From positions 124,001-188,000 of the IMG/VR virus record IMGVR_UViG_3300036770_007547: DNA of 64,000 nt. One strand, written 5' to 3'. Below the pieces are notes generated by a model. The model was not told where the DNA came from, did no database searches, and saw nothing but the letters and a program-made list of their open reading frames with translations. A program made the translations under genes and the position numbers. Numbering within the stretch: the stretch's first letter is position 1; the number at the start of each line of letters is the position of its first letter. This document shows, in pieces, positions 60,101 through 64,000 of this stretch.

Positions 60101-60148
60101 GATTCGGGATCTCTGGCCTCGGTGTTTTTGGCCAGCAATCGCACGTGA
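45191..60148 (+). CDS. Giant baseplate wedge/structural protein (~4985 aa; positional gp7 analogue)
   Basis: Follows gp6 with a TGATG overlap. N-terminal LLPEIFQT, FG-GAP-like propeller repeats (FGxSV...IGAP), GDGxTxxF domains, EVKPYHT and GGSGY..AP repeats. Confidence 0.75.
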   Translation: MAKRRTIDLLPEIFQTDTNRQFLSATLDQMIQEPSVQRIQGYVGRRIGPGVIPSDPYVNEPTKSRTDYQLEPGVIFLKPDTSTATDTITYPGMLDALRLDNGITVRQDRMFENQYYAYDPFVDLDKFSNYSQYFWLSEGPDAVDVSSTAIPITDDFTVTRGSNDYTFSGVAGENPILTLARGGTYNFAVNQNGHNFWIQTAPGVNGVNPDFPNLSTRDVLGVINNGEDNGTVQFNVPYKDAQNFYYGLNTMEPVDLLGQGFKFNEINNIYVNDFLAKHPQGIDGITELNGLTIVFPSRIGDADDGGWRIDTQFDPLVRTTPDRIGTYFSYDLVTRTVADRTSETRSFDLVTRTVPNQVVQEVGFDATVLPFDEQPFGATTNVETGVPDPLDGTPGTFDFDPEDSSTDDWGFDAPEIEVTAGPTDPLDGTPGTFDVSGFEEPQVLSVSGPPDPLDGADGSYDSLPYDQDTDIVLRAQRYSVWQIQYVEDADGEYYMTLRSVAQIPNLSRFRISYGAEYSSTEWWKDGSGFLDRVPPLSAVLDELWYQDSTNPDIFGLIRLVDVADANPINVDDIVGQTKYTSPNGVIFTNGLKIKFRGPTNPVEYQNQEFYVEGVGTGPGNELKVGFVDGEAYFGPFHVFENRRMTGAEHSDEVLQQYIYDTLEESIAAAGSAGPLLATLGTDPQPGVIKNNGIKLIPVTDMVTPETYTLNEPVPYSDFGFDVGNFDATLNAPLLPDYITMSRASPDQNPWSRSNRWFHKDVIAYSAELNNSVPVYDNEYRAQRPIIEFRAGLKLWNFGSQSQGQVNVIDFLETDALSNINGQIGYGYDGYEFVEGTRVVFASDRDREVRNRIYRVTFVDSNDDGNSLIRLVAEPNGIAQANQTLVCLNGVQQQGQAFWFDGNNWILGQQKTSINQSLLFDVFDSDGISFGNQTRYPSNTFVGNRLFGYRRDETATVDSVLGFGLTYQNIENIGDIVFENFLYTENFLYIEDNASIEKSVGDGYVRQYLDRVSFLNQIGWQPAQAESRSRQVFRFNFTGADLVLDVPVLLDYTYSSTQMFVEGVFYDTDRYTVSIQGETTRISFVDAPPVGSLIELQVISDFASELAYYQIPINLENNPLNLDSTRFTLGGLRNHYDSIGQNLRDLEGPINGANNSRDLGNILRYGTSIVQMSAPMILPGVFLRKPEYDVFASIEYNSREYIKYKTQLLDLAAKGDYVNLTPTEILDNAVEEITLGKTESFPFYWSDMLPSGDTFTRLLYTVSPITTNVFDTTRIFDLNSSNFQGVLVFLNGRILTRNYDYLVPNDRAVVELLIPLAIGDVIEIREYDTTYGSYVPNTPTKMGLYPAFKPEIFIDTSYAEPTAMIRGHDGSLTVAFGDFRDDVLLQFETRIFNNIKINTPVPLKDVDVIPGQFRDTGYSLAEINSILLPDFLSWVGYNGLNANEQTYIGTDEFTYNYSQSGNRLTGEPLLGAWRGIYDYFFDTSAPTTRPWEMLGFSQRPDWWESVYGPAPYTSGNLVLWRDLERGYIADPNDPRFDARYARPGLTSVIPAGTEGQLLSPLGSVVGKFDKNSFRRSWVFGDNGPVEYAWRTSSSWPFAVMRLLALTKPAKFFGLFVDRDRYAYDSNLEQYLWNERYRLDPADIAPLYGNGVSRASYINWIIDYNQQTGADSTTNLTVDLANLDVRLCWRLAGFTSKTLLKVFTERSTPRGDNRSLMLPDESYQLLLYQNETTEEVAYSSVMVQVSDQGWTVLGYNLQKSYFEILTSNPAGTFRTIEAAGTTVRVPDEYTDIVTRVPYGYTFTSRAAVCDFLLSYGRFLGDRGFRFTTQENGYTMDWFQMANEFLYWSNQGWGTGSVINLNPGANLLEFQRSGEVVESVTPFRPYSIVLNQARQPMAASDLVFDRIEDQFRIRNLSAVSTINFANVRLTTYEHMIVLNNTSIFDELIYDPSTGNRQSRILVSGYKSADWDGTVNAPGFVFNISNVPEWQSNRKYTKGEIVLFKDEYWSASTIIQPTETFDYSKWIKSDYAEIQRGLLPNAALSSDELSNSYDIYSANLEQEVDLFSYGLIGFRPRAYMQFLDLNDVSQVNLYRQFLDSKGTRISTGVFNEADLGKEIARYDIYEYWAMLRNSYGATANRSYFELLLNEGNLQSNPSTIQVVQTVVTDSVADQIVTVDSIWKSSYKITSPSILPTTLSAVRPDQALPSAGYVNLEDVDITVFSLENNVDPDIINQINVGTTVWVANVNVYDWNIYRTEKVDAAVTRVSDNLNGTSTVTFDRAHDLEVGDTLIIKYFNDDVNGFYVVRGTPTLTTLTIDYAFDGNVTTLTGTGLGLTLSSSRVSEPSRIAQLPYATQLFPGVRAWVDTNRDNRWTVLQKTEPFTAQVPLAPSVPVRYENFGASISQGLYNLSALIGAPGYNPLDLAAAPGAVYNYVRNEEDEFEQRSVTELNAIGVQGYGNAIDVGNQNWAVAGASASNNNMGYVTTVYVAPGTEDFRLKQLLVPPDQDFGDLEFGYSVTMSLDEQWVYIGAPGKNKVYAYTRVDQQPQTVSYNTDGAAKTFNYSNHLVVNSNDPRQIVVLYNDQELEYATSWTVDSSNVILTFTPPAGHVVTLSRRTIQQLDRAVSTDLIPTNIVGSGSGARFTCVTQRGEYQITATSAGIGYAVGDVLSIDQDDIDTRDAPAPAAVTTAYTGGSGTTVNVTSTTGIGVGMTISGTGFESAQYVTEVVDSTTITTNLAPDSTPSGNLVFSHNALLVITAVGQETYEGDGSTTTFSILGRYTTTTEVYVNSVQQTLGVDYNFSDDYSSVIFVTAPLYGDAIVIDFGTLESFTTNGHGVADQANFSIDDYLATATDLYSFLITVNDQVYRPHLDYDLNTDSSLDPPELIFNTVPAIGSSITVSTDSHFKYVNTISVSGLDENARFGHSVTCNTNGSVLIVGAPNQSADQGRAYIFDRSVQRFLVTDPTDQVFSTVRDLEVPGNISVSVNGRFLLPDTLNIGGQFSVDVSNPANQTVTLDYTLNLGDTVEINTNQFVLVETVSATQSAEKPQYGYLVDQCINDCSLYISAPRDSYEISNGGSVEFLRNQARIYGTITTDVANPVLTIGDYIRINNYFVEVTGATVSDLADDINAAAIPNAVAAVTPDLEFAGDGGTKIFSIGSIYSDATSYTTVVYLDDVLQTEGVDYTYDADNENIVFVVAPIITSTVRVVSGRLTISAKNISAAPELDKLKVSPGTGSVFTDLGIETYVYQQTVRPPVKQAFAGFGESMFVSDDTSTLIIGAPNGSTILDTNFDDGNTVFDSDGTNFIDPIEQSGAVYSYDFLDSANPSITNPGQLIFGQQFVIEGLQSLDRFGASVDLTTGTLLIGAPGYDLEDSALSDFGRIAQFRNLEDQPAWFPLRQQQPVVDVNLLNTIFMYDRASGQPRQYFDFLDPLQGRLLGAVQQNIDYIGAVDPAFYNQGAVNNQGSRWGQQQVGRVWWNTANARFIDPNQDDIIYASRRWAQLFPGSTVDVYQWVVSPVPPAQYAGTGTVFSTQSYVVSSSINEQGFLQTQYYFWVTGISTIDRDAGKTLSIDTVRRYIENPRASGISYIAPLSASTLAIYNGKNYISAEDTVLHVEFDKELNNSVVHQEYHLIAEDRSDGFLTPVLYRKFLDSISGADTFGNQVPDPFLSPSERYGIQFRPRQSFFANRFLALKNYITQTNSVLARVPVAEQRRFRLLASFDPTPPASSGLWNLEVATYDELLYQDLRQVSMGYRYLVDTDRTNNGLWTIYEVVPGLTPSGKDLQIKLVQNYDTRKYWTRVPWYRPGYDPLSRIFTTVPNVASLDTLTVPEGTSVKVEANLDAKWEIYLLESGSWNRVAVEDGTIQISNSLWNYGIGNFGFDREVFDAQYFDQAPLIETRNVIEGINQELFIDDLAIERNRLLIMIFNFILSEQEAPEWLTKTSLIDVDHIVRDLVPFQNYRRDNQDFIQDYIEEVKPYHTQIKEFNLKYQGADVYQGTTTDFDVPAYWDQTEQLFVSPVLDNTGTLSPTSSTPSTSEIWQTSPWDQWYSNYLLGIEEVTVLDGGSGYNLAPEVIVTGDCQRQAVMRARINSAGRVVDVVVLDPGQGYLTTATITFTGGNGSGAKAVALMNNSMVRGITTNIKYDRYEYQTSILTWTAGVTYAPGSRVRYDDRVWTNSTTITSSEFDPTQWTLVAAADLSGVDRTMGFYVPTPTTPGLDLAQLITGVEYPGVQVDAPDFDQDTGFDRGRFDINPYDNISIDETGQTTYDVAILDAIYESQFDDPFLGTRPSDINVDGGAFVDTYSSHAPEELVPGASFDTLDMRVYTTAGDDWAQDGHGFPIASRNFIFDSTEVELSFSGALPYPVGVAVYNATKRVQLNQGFDYTVDWANFTVTILDNADDNNILTINVYGIGGGNQILTESYLGTDSGGTLIFPVQTSVIDELVVFVNGDNVTDFTYEQFNVADTKIIFNDSTLYGPNDRIIVCALGVSPLRVGTSWSTPVTEYVVSDGSIGFTLSESMSGTNPANLIVNKNGVRARPPQSARYIGDNTTVTYDLPPPEGYSQIAMADNDVSVYVDNQPLILGVDFVLDPLDDSTLLRTVTLTDVPAAGAQILISVRTAAQYWVVGNTITFQSRQGLVPVEGDIISITSFNDTAYQDILTQVFVGPVTQSFGLAQAFDERPFDEGNITDDPGSYDYSSGSDILSNRFPLGFDITDSNRLIVTLDGRYLQPDRGYTIDGQVLVISGPTINASQTVTCTSFTMKTVPAPVAFRIFQDMRGAQRFYRITPSASTRLAQPLTATADVIYVDDVTKLDDTNPVRGVLGTITINGERLLYRYRNVETNSVSGLRRGTAGTGAANHAVDSWVYDIGRGNLLPAFYQDTIFQQDFLANGTNRRFVTEGINLNSLTPEFFDQAVQIYVGGFLQTSGYYFLSQSPIAVEFDVAPPAGYQVTVIVRQGQEFYEPGLESTLQDSGSLASVFLASNRT

Positions 60149-60155
60149 TAAATAG

Positions 60156-60326
60156 ATGATGCAAAATGAAACCAAAGATACCAAGCCCGAGCCGGTTGCC
60201 CAGCAATCTCAGCCAAAGACTGTGCGTCCCGGGCGCCCCGATGACTGGGGAGCCATACACATCGATGGCGTGGTACGCATTTTCGATCCGAACACACAAG
60301 AAACCATAGTGAAGACACGCACATGA
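60156..60326 (+). CDS. Small protein (56 aa) resembling the N-terminus of the next gene
   Basis: Manual translation MMQNETK...IHIDGVVRIFDPNTQETIVKTRT. Preceded by ATAAATA (60148-60154) and has an ATGA overlap with the next gene. Confidence 0.7.
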   Translation: MMQNETKDTKPEPVAQQSQPKTVRPGRPDDWGAIHIDGVVRIFDPNTQETIVKTRT

Positions 60327-60925
60327 TTACCATGCCTGTATCAGTCGAGGGGTTTTTAAAGATATACGACCCCAACAATCGCGAAGTCTTTGTAGACAAG
60401 CGCAATGCCATACATTACGAAAACATGAGTATCGCGCTGGCACAGAGCTTGGCCAATAAAAATCTCGGCTACATCTATGCCATGGCCTTTGGTAACGGCG
60501 GCAGTGCCGTGGATCAGACCGGCGTGATCACATATCTCCCGCCCAACACAGTGGGGCAGAACGCCAATCTCTACAACCAGACATACCTCAAAGTGGTAGA
60601 TGACAACAGCTCGGCCAACACCGATCCGAGTCGCAACAAACTCACTGTGTTGCACACAGCAGGAACAGTGTACACGGACATTTTGGTAAGTTGTTTGCTT
60701 GATTACGGTGAACCCGCAGGACAGCAGGCATTTGATAATAGCACCAATTTCAATGGTGAATTCGTTTTTGACGAGTTGGGGTTGAAAGGCTGGGAAGGGT
60801 CGTCCAGTGAGCTTTTGTTGCTCACGCACGTGATTTTCCACCCGGTACAGAAGAGCTTAAACCGTCAGATACAGATTGACTACACAGTGCGCATTCAAAC
60901 TCTAACGAACTTGAGTGCGACATAA
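60323..60925 (+). CDS. Baseplate/virion structural protein (200 aa)
   Basis: MAFGNGG and FDELGL...LLTHVIF.PV.K...R.I.I.Y motifs are typical of fibre-attachment domains. Confidence 0.65.
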   Translation: MITMPVSVEGFLKIYDPNNREVFVDKRNAIHYENMSIALAQSLANKNLGYIYAMAFGNGGSAVDQTGVITYLPPNTVGQNANLYNQTYLKVVDDNSSANTDPSRNKLTVLHTAGTVYTDILVSCLLDYGEPAGQQAFDNSTNFNGEFVFDELGLKGWEGSSSELLLLTHVIFHPVQKSLNRQIQIDYTVRIQTLTNLSAT

Positions 60926-60980
60926 ATATGTGTAGTTAAACTGATGGTAAATATCTTTTACAAGGTAAGGTGACACAAGC

Positions 60981-62684
60981 ATGGCATATACGATTAACTT
61001 AACAGATGGCAGTATTTTTGCTACCATCGCCGACGGTACAATCAATACCAGCTCAAGCATGGTGCTTGTTGGTAAGAACTACGCTGGATACGGCGAGTTC
61101 CTCGACGAGAACTTTATACATCTGCTAGAGAATGGTGCTAACACCACTCCCCCTGGAGCTCCGCTCACTGGACAGTTGTGGTGGGACAAAACCAACAACG
61201 TGATGAAGGTCTATAACGGCACCACGTTCAAGGTTATTTCAGCGTCAACTGCTGCGGCCACACAGCCTACTTCAAACGTGGCTGGTGACCTTTGGTTTGA
61301 CACCGTCAATCAACAGCTCAAAGTCTACAACGGCGCCAACTTTATCCTGGTAGGACCAGCCAGCTCGGCCGGTGAGGGAACGTCAGGTGCGATCGTCACC
61401 ACAATCACTGACAACCTCGCAGTCGATCACGTGGTGATCCAGCTGTATGTGCAGAACGTGTTGGTGGGTTTGATCAGCAAAGACCCCACATTTACACCGG
61501 TTCCCGCTATCTCGGGTTTTGCCACAGTGAGTCCTGGAATCCAGTTGTCGACCACTGTTTCCAGCGTGTTGTTCCGCGGAACTGCCACCAATAGCCAGAC
61601 CTTGGACAGCCTAAACAGCACACAATTTTTGCGCAGCGACACCAACGATACCACGTCAGGCACCCTGGGCATTCTCAACGACACTGGTTTCACAGTGGGT
61701 CTAGACCAAGATGCCAAGATATCGGTCAACACCATTACTTCTGAAATCACATTACAGAACCAAACACAAGATGCCAACCTCAGCCTCAAGGTCAATGACG
61801 GTGGTGCAGTGACCACAGTGTTTTTTGCCAATGGCGCCACTGGTGAGGTCAGCATCCCCACCACAGTCACAGCCACCGGCAACGTCACCGCACCTTACTT
61901 TATTGGTAACGTGATCGGTGGTATTTCGGGCAACATCGGTGCTCCAGGTAACACCACACAAGTGATCTACAATGACACCGGGCTCCTGGCAGCTTCGTCG
62001 AGCTTCACGTTCAACAGCAGCACCAATGCTCTCACAGTGGCCGGCAATATTTCCGGCGGCAACCTTTATGCGTCTGGTGGTATCACCAGCACAGAGAGCT
62101 TGGTCAAAATCGGTGGCAACGGTGTTGGAAACATTGGTCAGAGCACCAACACGTTCAACACAGTGTTTTCGGCCAATGGTGTGTTTACCGCAGCTTCGGT
62201 TGAATCCATCACCAAGACCGGTGCCAACGGTATCGGAAACATCGGATCTAGTACCAGCGTGTTCAACACAGTGTTCGCTAAAGCTACTTCAGCACAGTAC
62301 GCTGACGTGGCCGAGCGTTTTGCTGCCGACGAAGTGTTGGAAGCTGGAACCGTGGTCGAGCTTGGTGGTCCAGCAGAGATCACTCGCTCCACCGAAGAAC
62401 TCAGTGAAAGCGTGTTTGGCGTGATATCAACTCGTGCGGCCTATCTCATGAACTCGGCAGCAGGCGACGATGAAACCCACCCACCAGTGGCTATGACAGG
62501 TCGAGTACCGGTCAAAGTCAAAGGCACGGTGCAAAAAGGTGATCGCTTGGTGTCAGCCGGCGAGGGTATGGCTCGAGCAGCTAAACGCGGCGAAGCCACA
62601 CCGTTTAACACGATTGGTCGAGCTCTTGAAGACAAAACCACAAACGATATCGGAATGGTAGAGGCCATCGTTACTATAAAATAA
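60981..62684 (+). CDS. Baseplate-anchored fibre protein with a C-terminal intramolecular chaperone/autocleavage domain
   Basis: LVGKNYAGYGE..ENF, GQLW.D and GDLW.D repeats. C-terminal YADVAE...GTVV...GVIS...GRVPVKV.G...KGD (peptidase G2/S74-like). Confidence 0.75.
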   Translation: MAYTINLTDGSIFATIADGTINTSSSMVLVGKNYAGYGEFLDENFIHLLENGANTTPPGAPLTGQLWWDKTNNVMKVYNGTTFKVISASTAAATQPTSNVAGDLWFDTVNQQLKVYNGANFILVGPASSAGEGTSGAIVTTITDNLAVDHVVIQLYVQNVLVGLISKDPTFTPVPAISGFATVSPGIQLSTTVSSVLFRGTATNSQTLDSLNSTQFLRSDTNDTTSGTLGILNDTGFTVGLDQDAKISVNTITSEITLQNQTQDANLSLKVNDGGAVTTVFFANGATGEVSIPTTVTATGNVTAPYFIGNVIGGISGNIGAPGNTTQVIYNDTGLLAASSSFTFNSSTNALTVAGNISGGNLYASGGITSTESLVKIGGNGVGNIGQSTNTFNTVFSANGVFTAASVESITKTGANGIGNIGSSTSVFNTVFAKATSAQYADVAERFAADEVLEAGTVVELGGPAEITRSTEELSESVFGVISTRAAYLMNSAAGDDETHPPVAMTGRVPVKVKGTVQKGDRLVSAGEGMARAAKRGEATPFNTIGRALEDKTTNDIGMVEAIVTIK

Positions 62685-62699
62685 TTAGGACAAAGTAGC

Positions 62700-63683
62700 A
62701 TGACTTATTCTAGCCAGCAGTTAATTGAAGCCGCAGACTACAACGGATTTGTGTCCACCAACGCACAGAACATGAATGGGTTGTTGGGCACAGGTTCTAG
62801 TGATCGTGGTCTTGGACAGACCACATTGAGCACGGTAGCGGCCGAAGAACTAGTCACTGCTACACAATGGGCCACTCTCGTGAACTCTGTAGACAATCTT
62901 GCAGCACATCAGGGCACCACGATAACTGCCAGATCCGCACCGGTAACTGGTAACACCATTGAAATCTTGGCCAACCTAGGTACCGACATCACCAGTCTAG
63001 ACACCAATCGTGGCTGGGCCAACGTGGTTGGTACCACCATCAACACTTTCAGTGGCACCACTTCAAAAACCACCGACACTGGTTCCGGTACATCTGCTTG
63101 GACCATAACCTTTACACACACCATCACTTTTGCCAGTGCCAATGCTGCTAGATACTTTTTCAACGCTGGTGGTCGCATCAAATGGGAAACGTCCAAGACA
63201 TCCACGGGGCAGCAAGCTGACACCGAGTGGAATGATCTAGCCAATACCCTGGTGGGCGACATTTACATCACAGGTGGTGTCACTACACAGAACATCGTTG
63301 GTACCAACTATACTGGCACCACCAAAGTTGGCGGAACCGGCACACCCAACGTGTTGTTGACTGGCACGGGATGGTACGATCTCACCACCAGTGACACACT
63401 GATCTATCGCCAATATGCTGATACTGCCCCCTATACCGGTCAGTACATAGCCATCAATGCCAAAACAGCAGCATCGGGCACTCAATTGGTGTTGACCACT
63501 ACTTGGGTGGATCCGGGCGGTGGCACCTTCAACACCAGCGTGATAACTGGCGGTACAGCCACCAGCAGTCCGTTTACTACATTTGGTACTGCTCCAGCCA
63601 CAGTGGTTACCGTGATTCCTGCTGGCACCACTTATATCACCAATACTTGGGGTACACCCAGCATAGCAGCCTCGGTGGCCTGA
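62700..63683 (+). CDS. Thr/Gly-rich virion structural protein (327 aa)
   Basis: I.A.DYN, G.GQ and ARYFFNAGG motifs, with an AGGA SD. Confidence 0.65.
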   Translation: MTYSSQQLIEAADYNGFVSTNAQNMNGLLGTGSSDRGLGQTTLSTVAAEELVTATQWATLVNSVDNLAAHQGTTITARSAPVTGNTIEILANLGTDITSLDTNRGWANVVGTTINTFSGTTSKTTDTGSGTSAWTITFTHTITFASANAARYFFNAGGRIKWETSKTSTGQQADTEWNDLANTLVGDIYITGGVTTQNIVGTNYTGTTKVGGTGTPNVLLTGTGWYDLTTSDTLIYRQYADTAPYTGQYIAINAKTAASGTQLVLTTTWVDPGGGTFNTSVITGGTATSSPFTTFGTAPATVVTVIPAGTTYITNTWGTPSIAASVA

Positions 63684-63688
63684 TTGGC

Positions 63689-63718
63689 TTGACAATCTGC
63701 CCCGGCATCTAGTACAAT
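63689..63718 (+). promoter_or_regulatory. Sigma70-type early promoter
   Basis: TTGACA-N18-TACAAT, with the ATG 6 nt downstream. Confidence 0.7.
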
Positions 63719-63724
63719 AACTAG

Positions 63725-64000
63725 ATGAATCCCGAAGACATCGTTGCTTTATCCCGCAGCAGATTCGATCATGAATCTGCTCGCCGGGTGCTCAAAGAAA
63801 AATATCAAGCCAAACTTGTGTTTGCACATGCCGGCGGTATGTGGCAAGCTGGTCCAGAATTGCAGACCACTTTGCTGACTTGTCCAGAACCCGAAGCCGT
63901 GATACTAGATCTCTATGAAACACCGGTAAAAATCAATGTCCAGGATCTTATGACCAAAAGCCAAGAGCGTTGGCAAGAACAAATGACGGCTTGGCTGATC
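63725..64000 (+). CDS. Partial hypothetical protein (MNPEDIVALSRSRFDHE...)
   Basis: Frame is open from ATG 63725 to the window end. Confidence 0.7.
   Translation, partial: MNPEDIVALSRSRFDHESARRVLKEKYQAKLVFAHAGGMWQAGPELQTTLLTCPEPEAVILDLYETPVKINVQDLMTKSQERWQEQMTAWLI

Noticed and set aside
1-64000. Stop-codon reassignment, tRNA genes, diversity-generating retroelement
   Set aside because: Core genes are intact in the standard code and end with TAA, TAG and TGA. No cloverleaf, reverse transcriptase or adenine-variable repeat pair was seen by eye.

Overview
A 64-kb segment of a large T4-related (myovirus-type) dsDNA phage genome in the standard genetic code, with dense, often stop/start-overlapping genes. 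From left to right: (i) a minus-strand cluster of Gly/Asn/Thr-rich fibre/appendage-like structural genes; (ii) the head module (gp23 capsid, gp22 scaffold, gp21 protease, core proteins, gp20 portal); (iii) a tape-measure-like gene with a peptidase M15 domain, divergent from a gp26-like/gp51-like chaperone pair joined by a probable -1 frameshift; (iv) an accessory block with a DUF1415-like protein, an aminoacyl-tRNA-protein transferase (ATE/Bpt-like), a DUF6614-like protein, a ~450-bp highly structured non-coding region, a GIY-YIG nuclease, two radical SAM enzymes and a glycosyltransferase-like gene, interleaved with gp46/gp47/gp55; (v) a plus-strand baseplate operon (gp48-like, gp53, an apparently split hub, gp5, gp25, gp6, a ~4985-aa giant wedge protein, fibre proteins). 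The most notable signal is 24478-24929: a putative ~370-nt pseudoknotted RNA directly downstream of the GIY-YIG gene, followed by two inverted hairpin copies of a motif matching the ColE1/pBR322 primosome assembly site. This is a candidate RNA-primed origin or nuclease-associated RNA. No tRNA, rRNA, CRISPR array or transposase was recognised. All family assignments come from motif recognition by eye, not from database searches.
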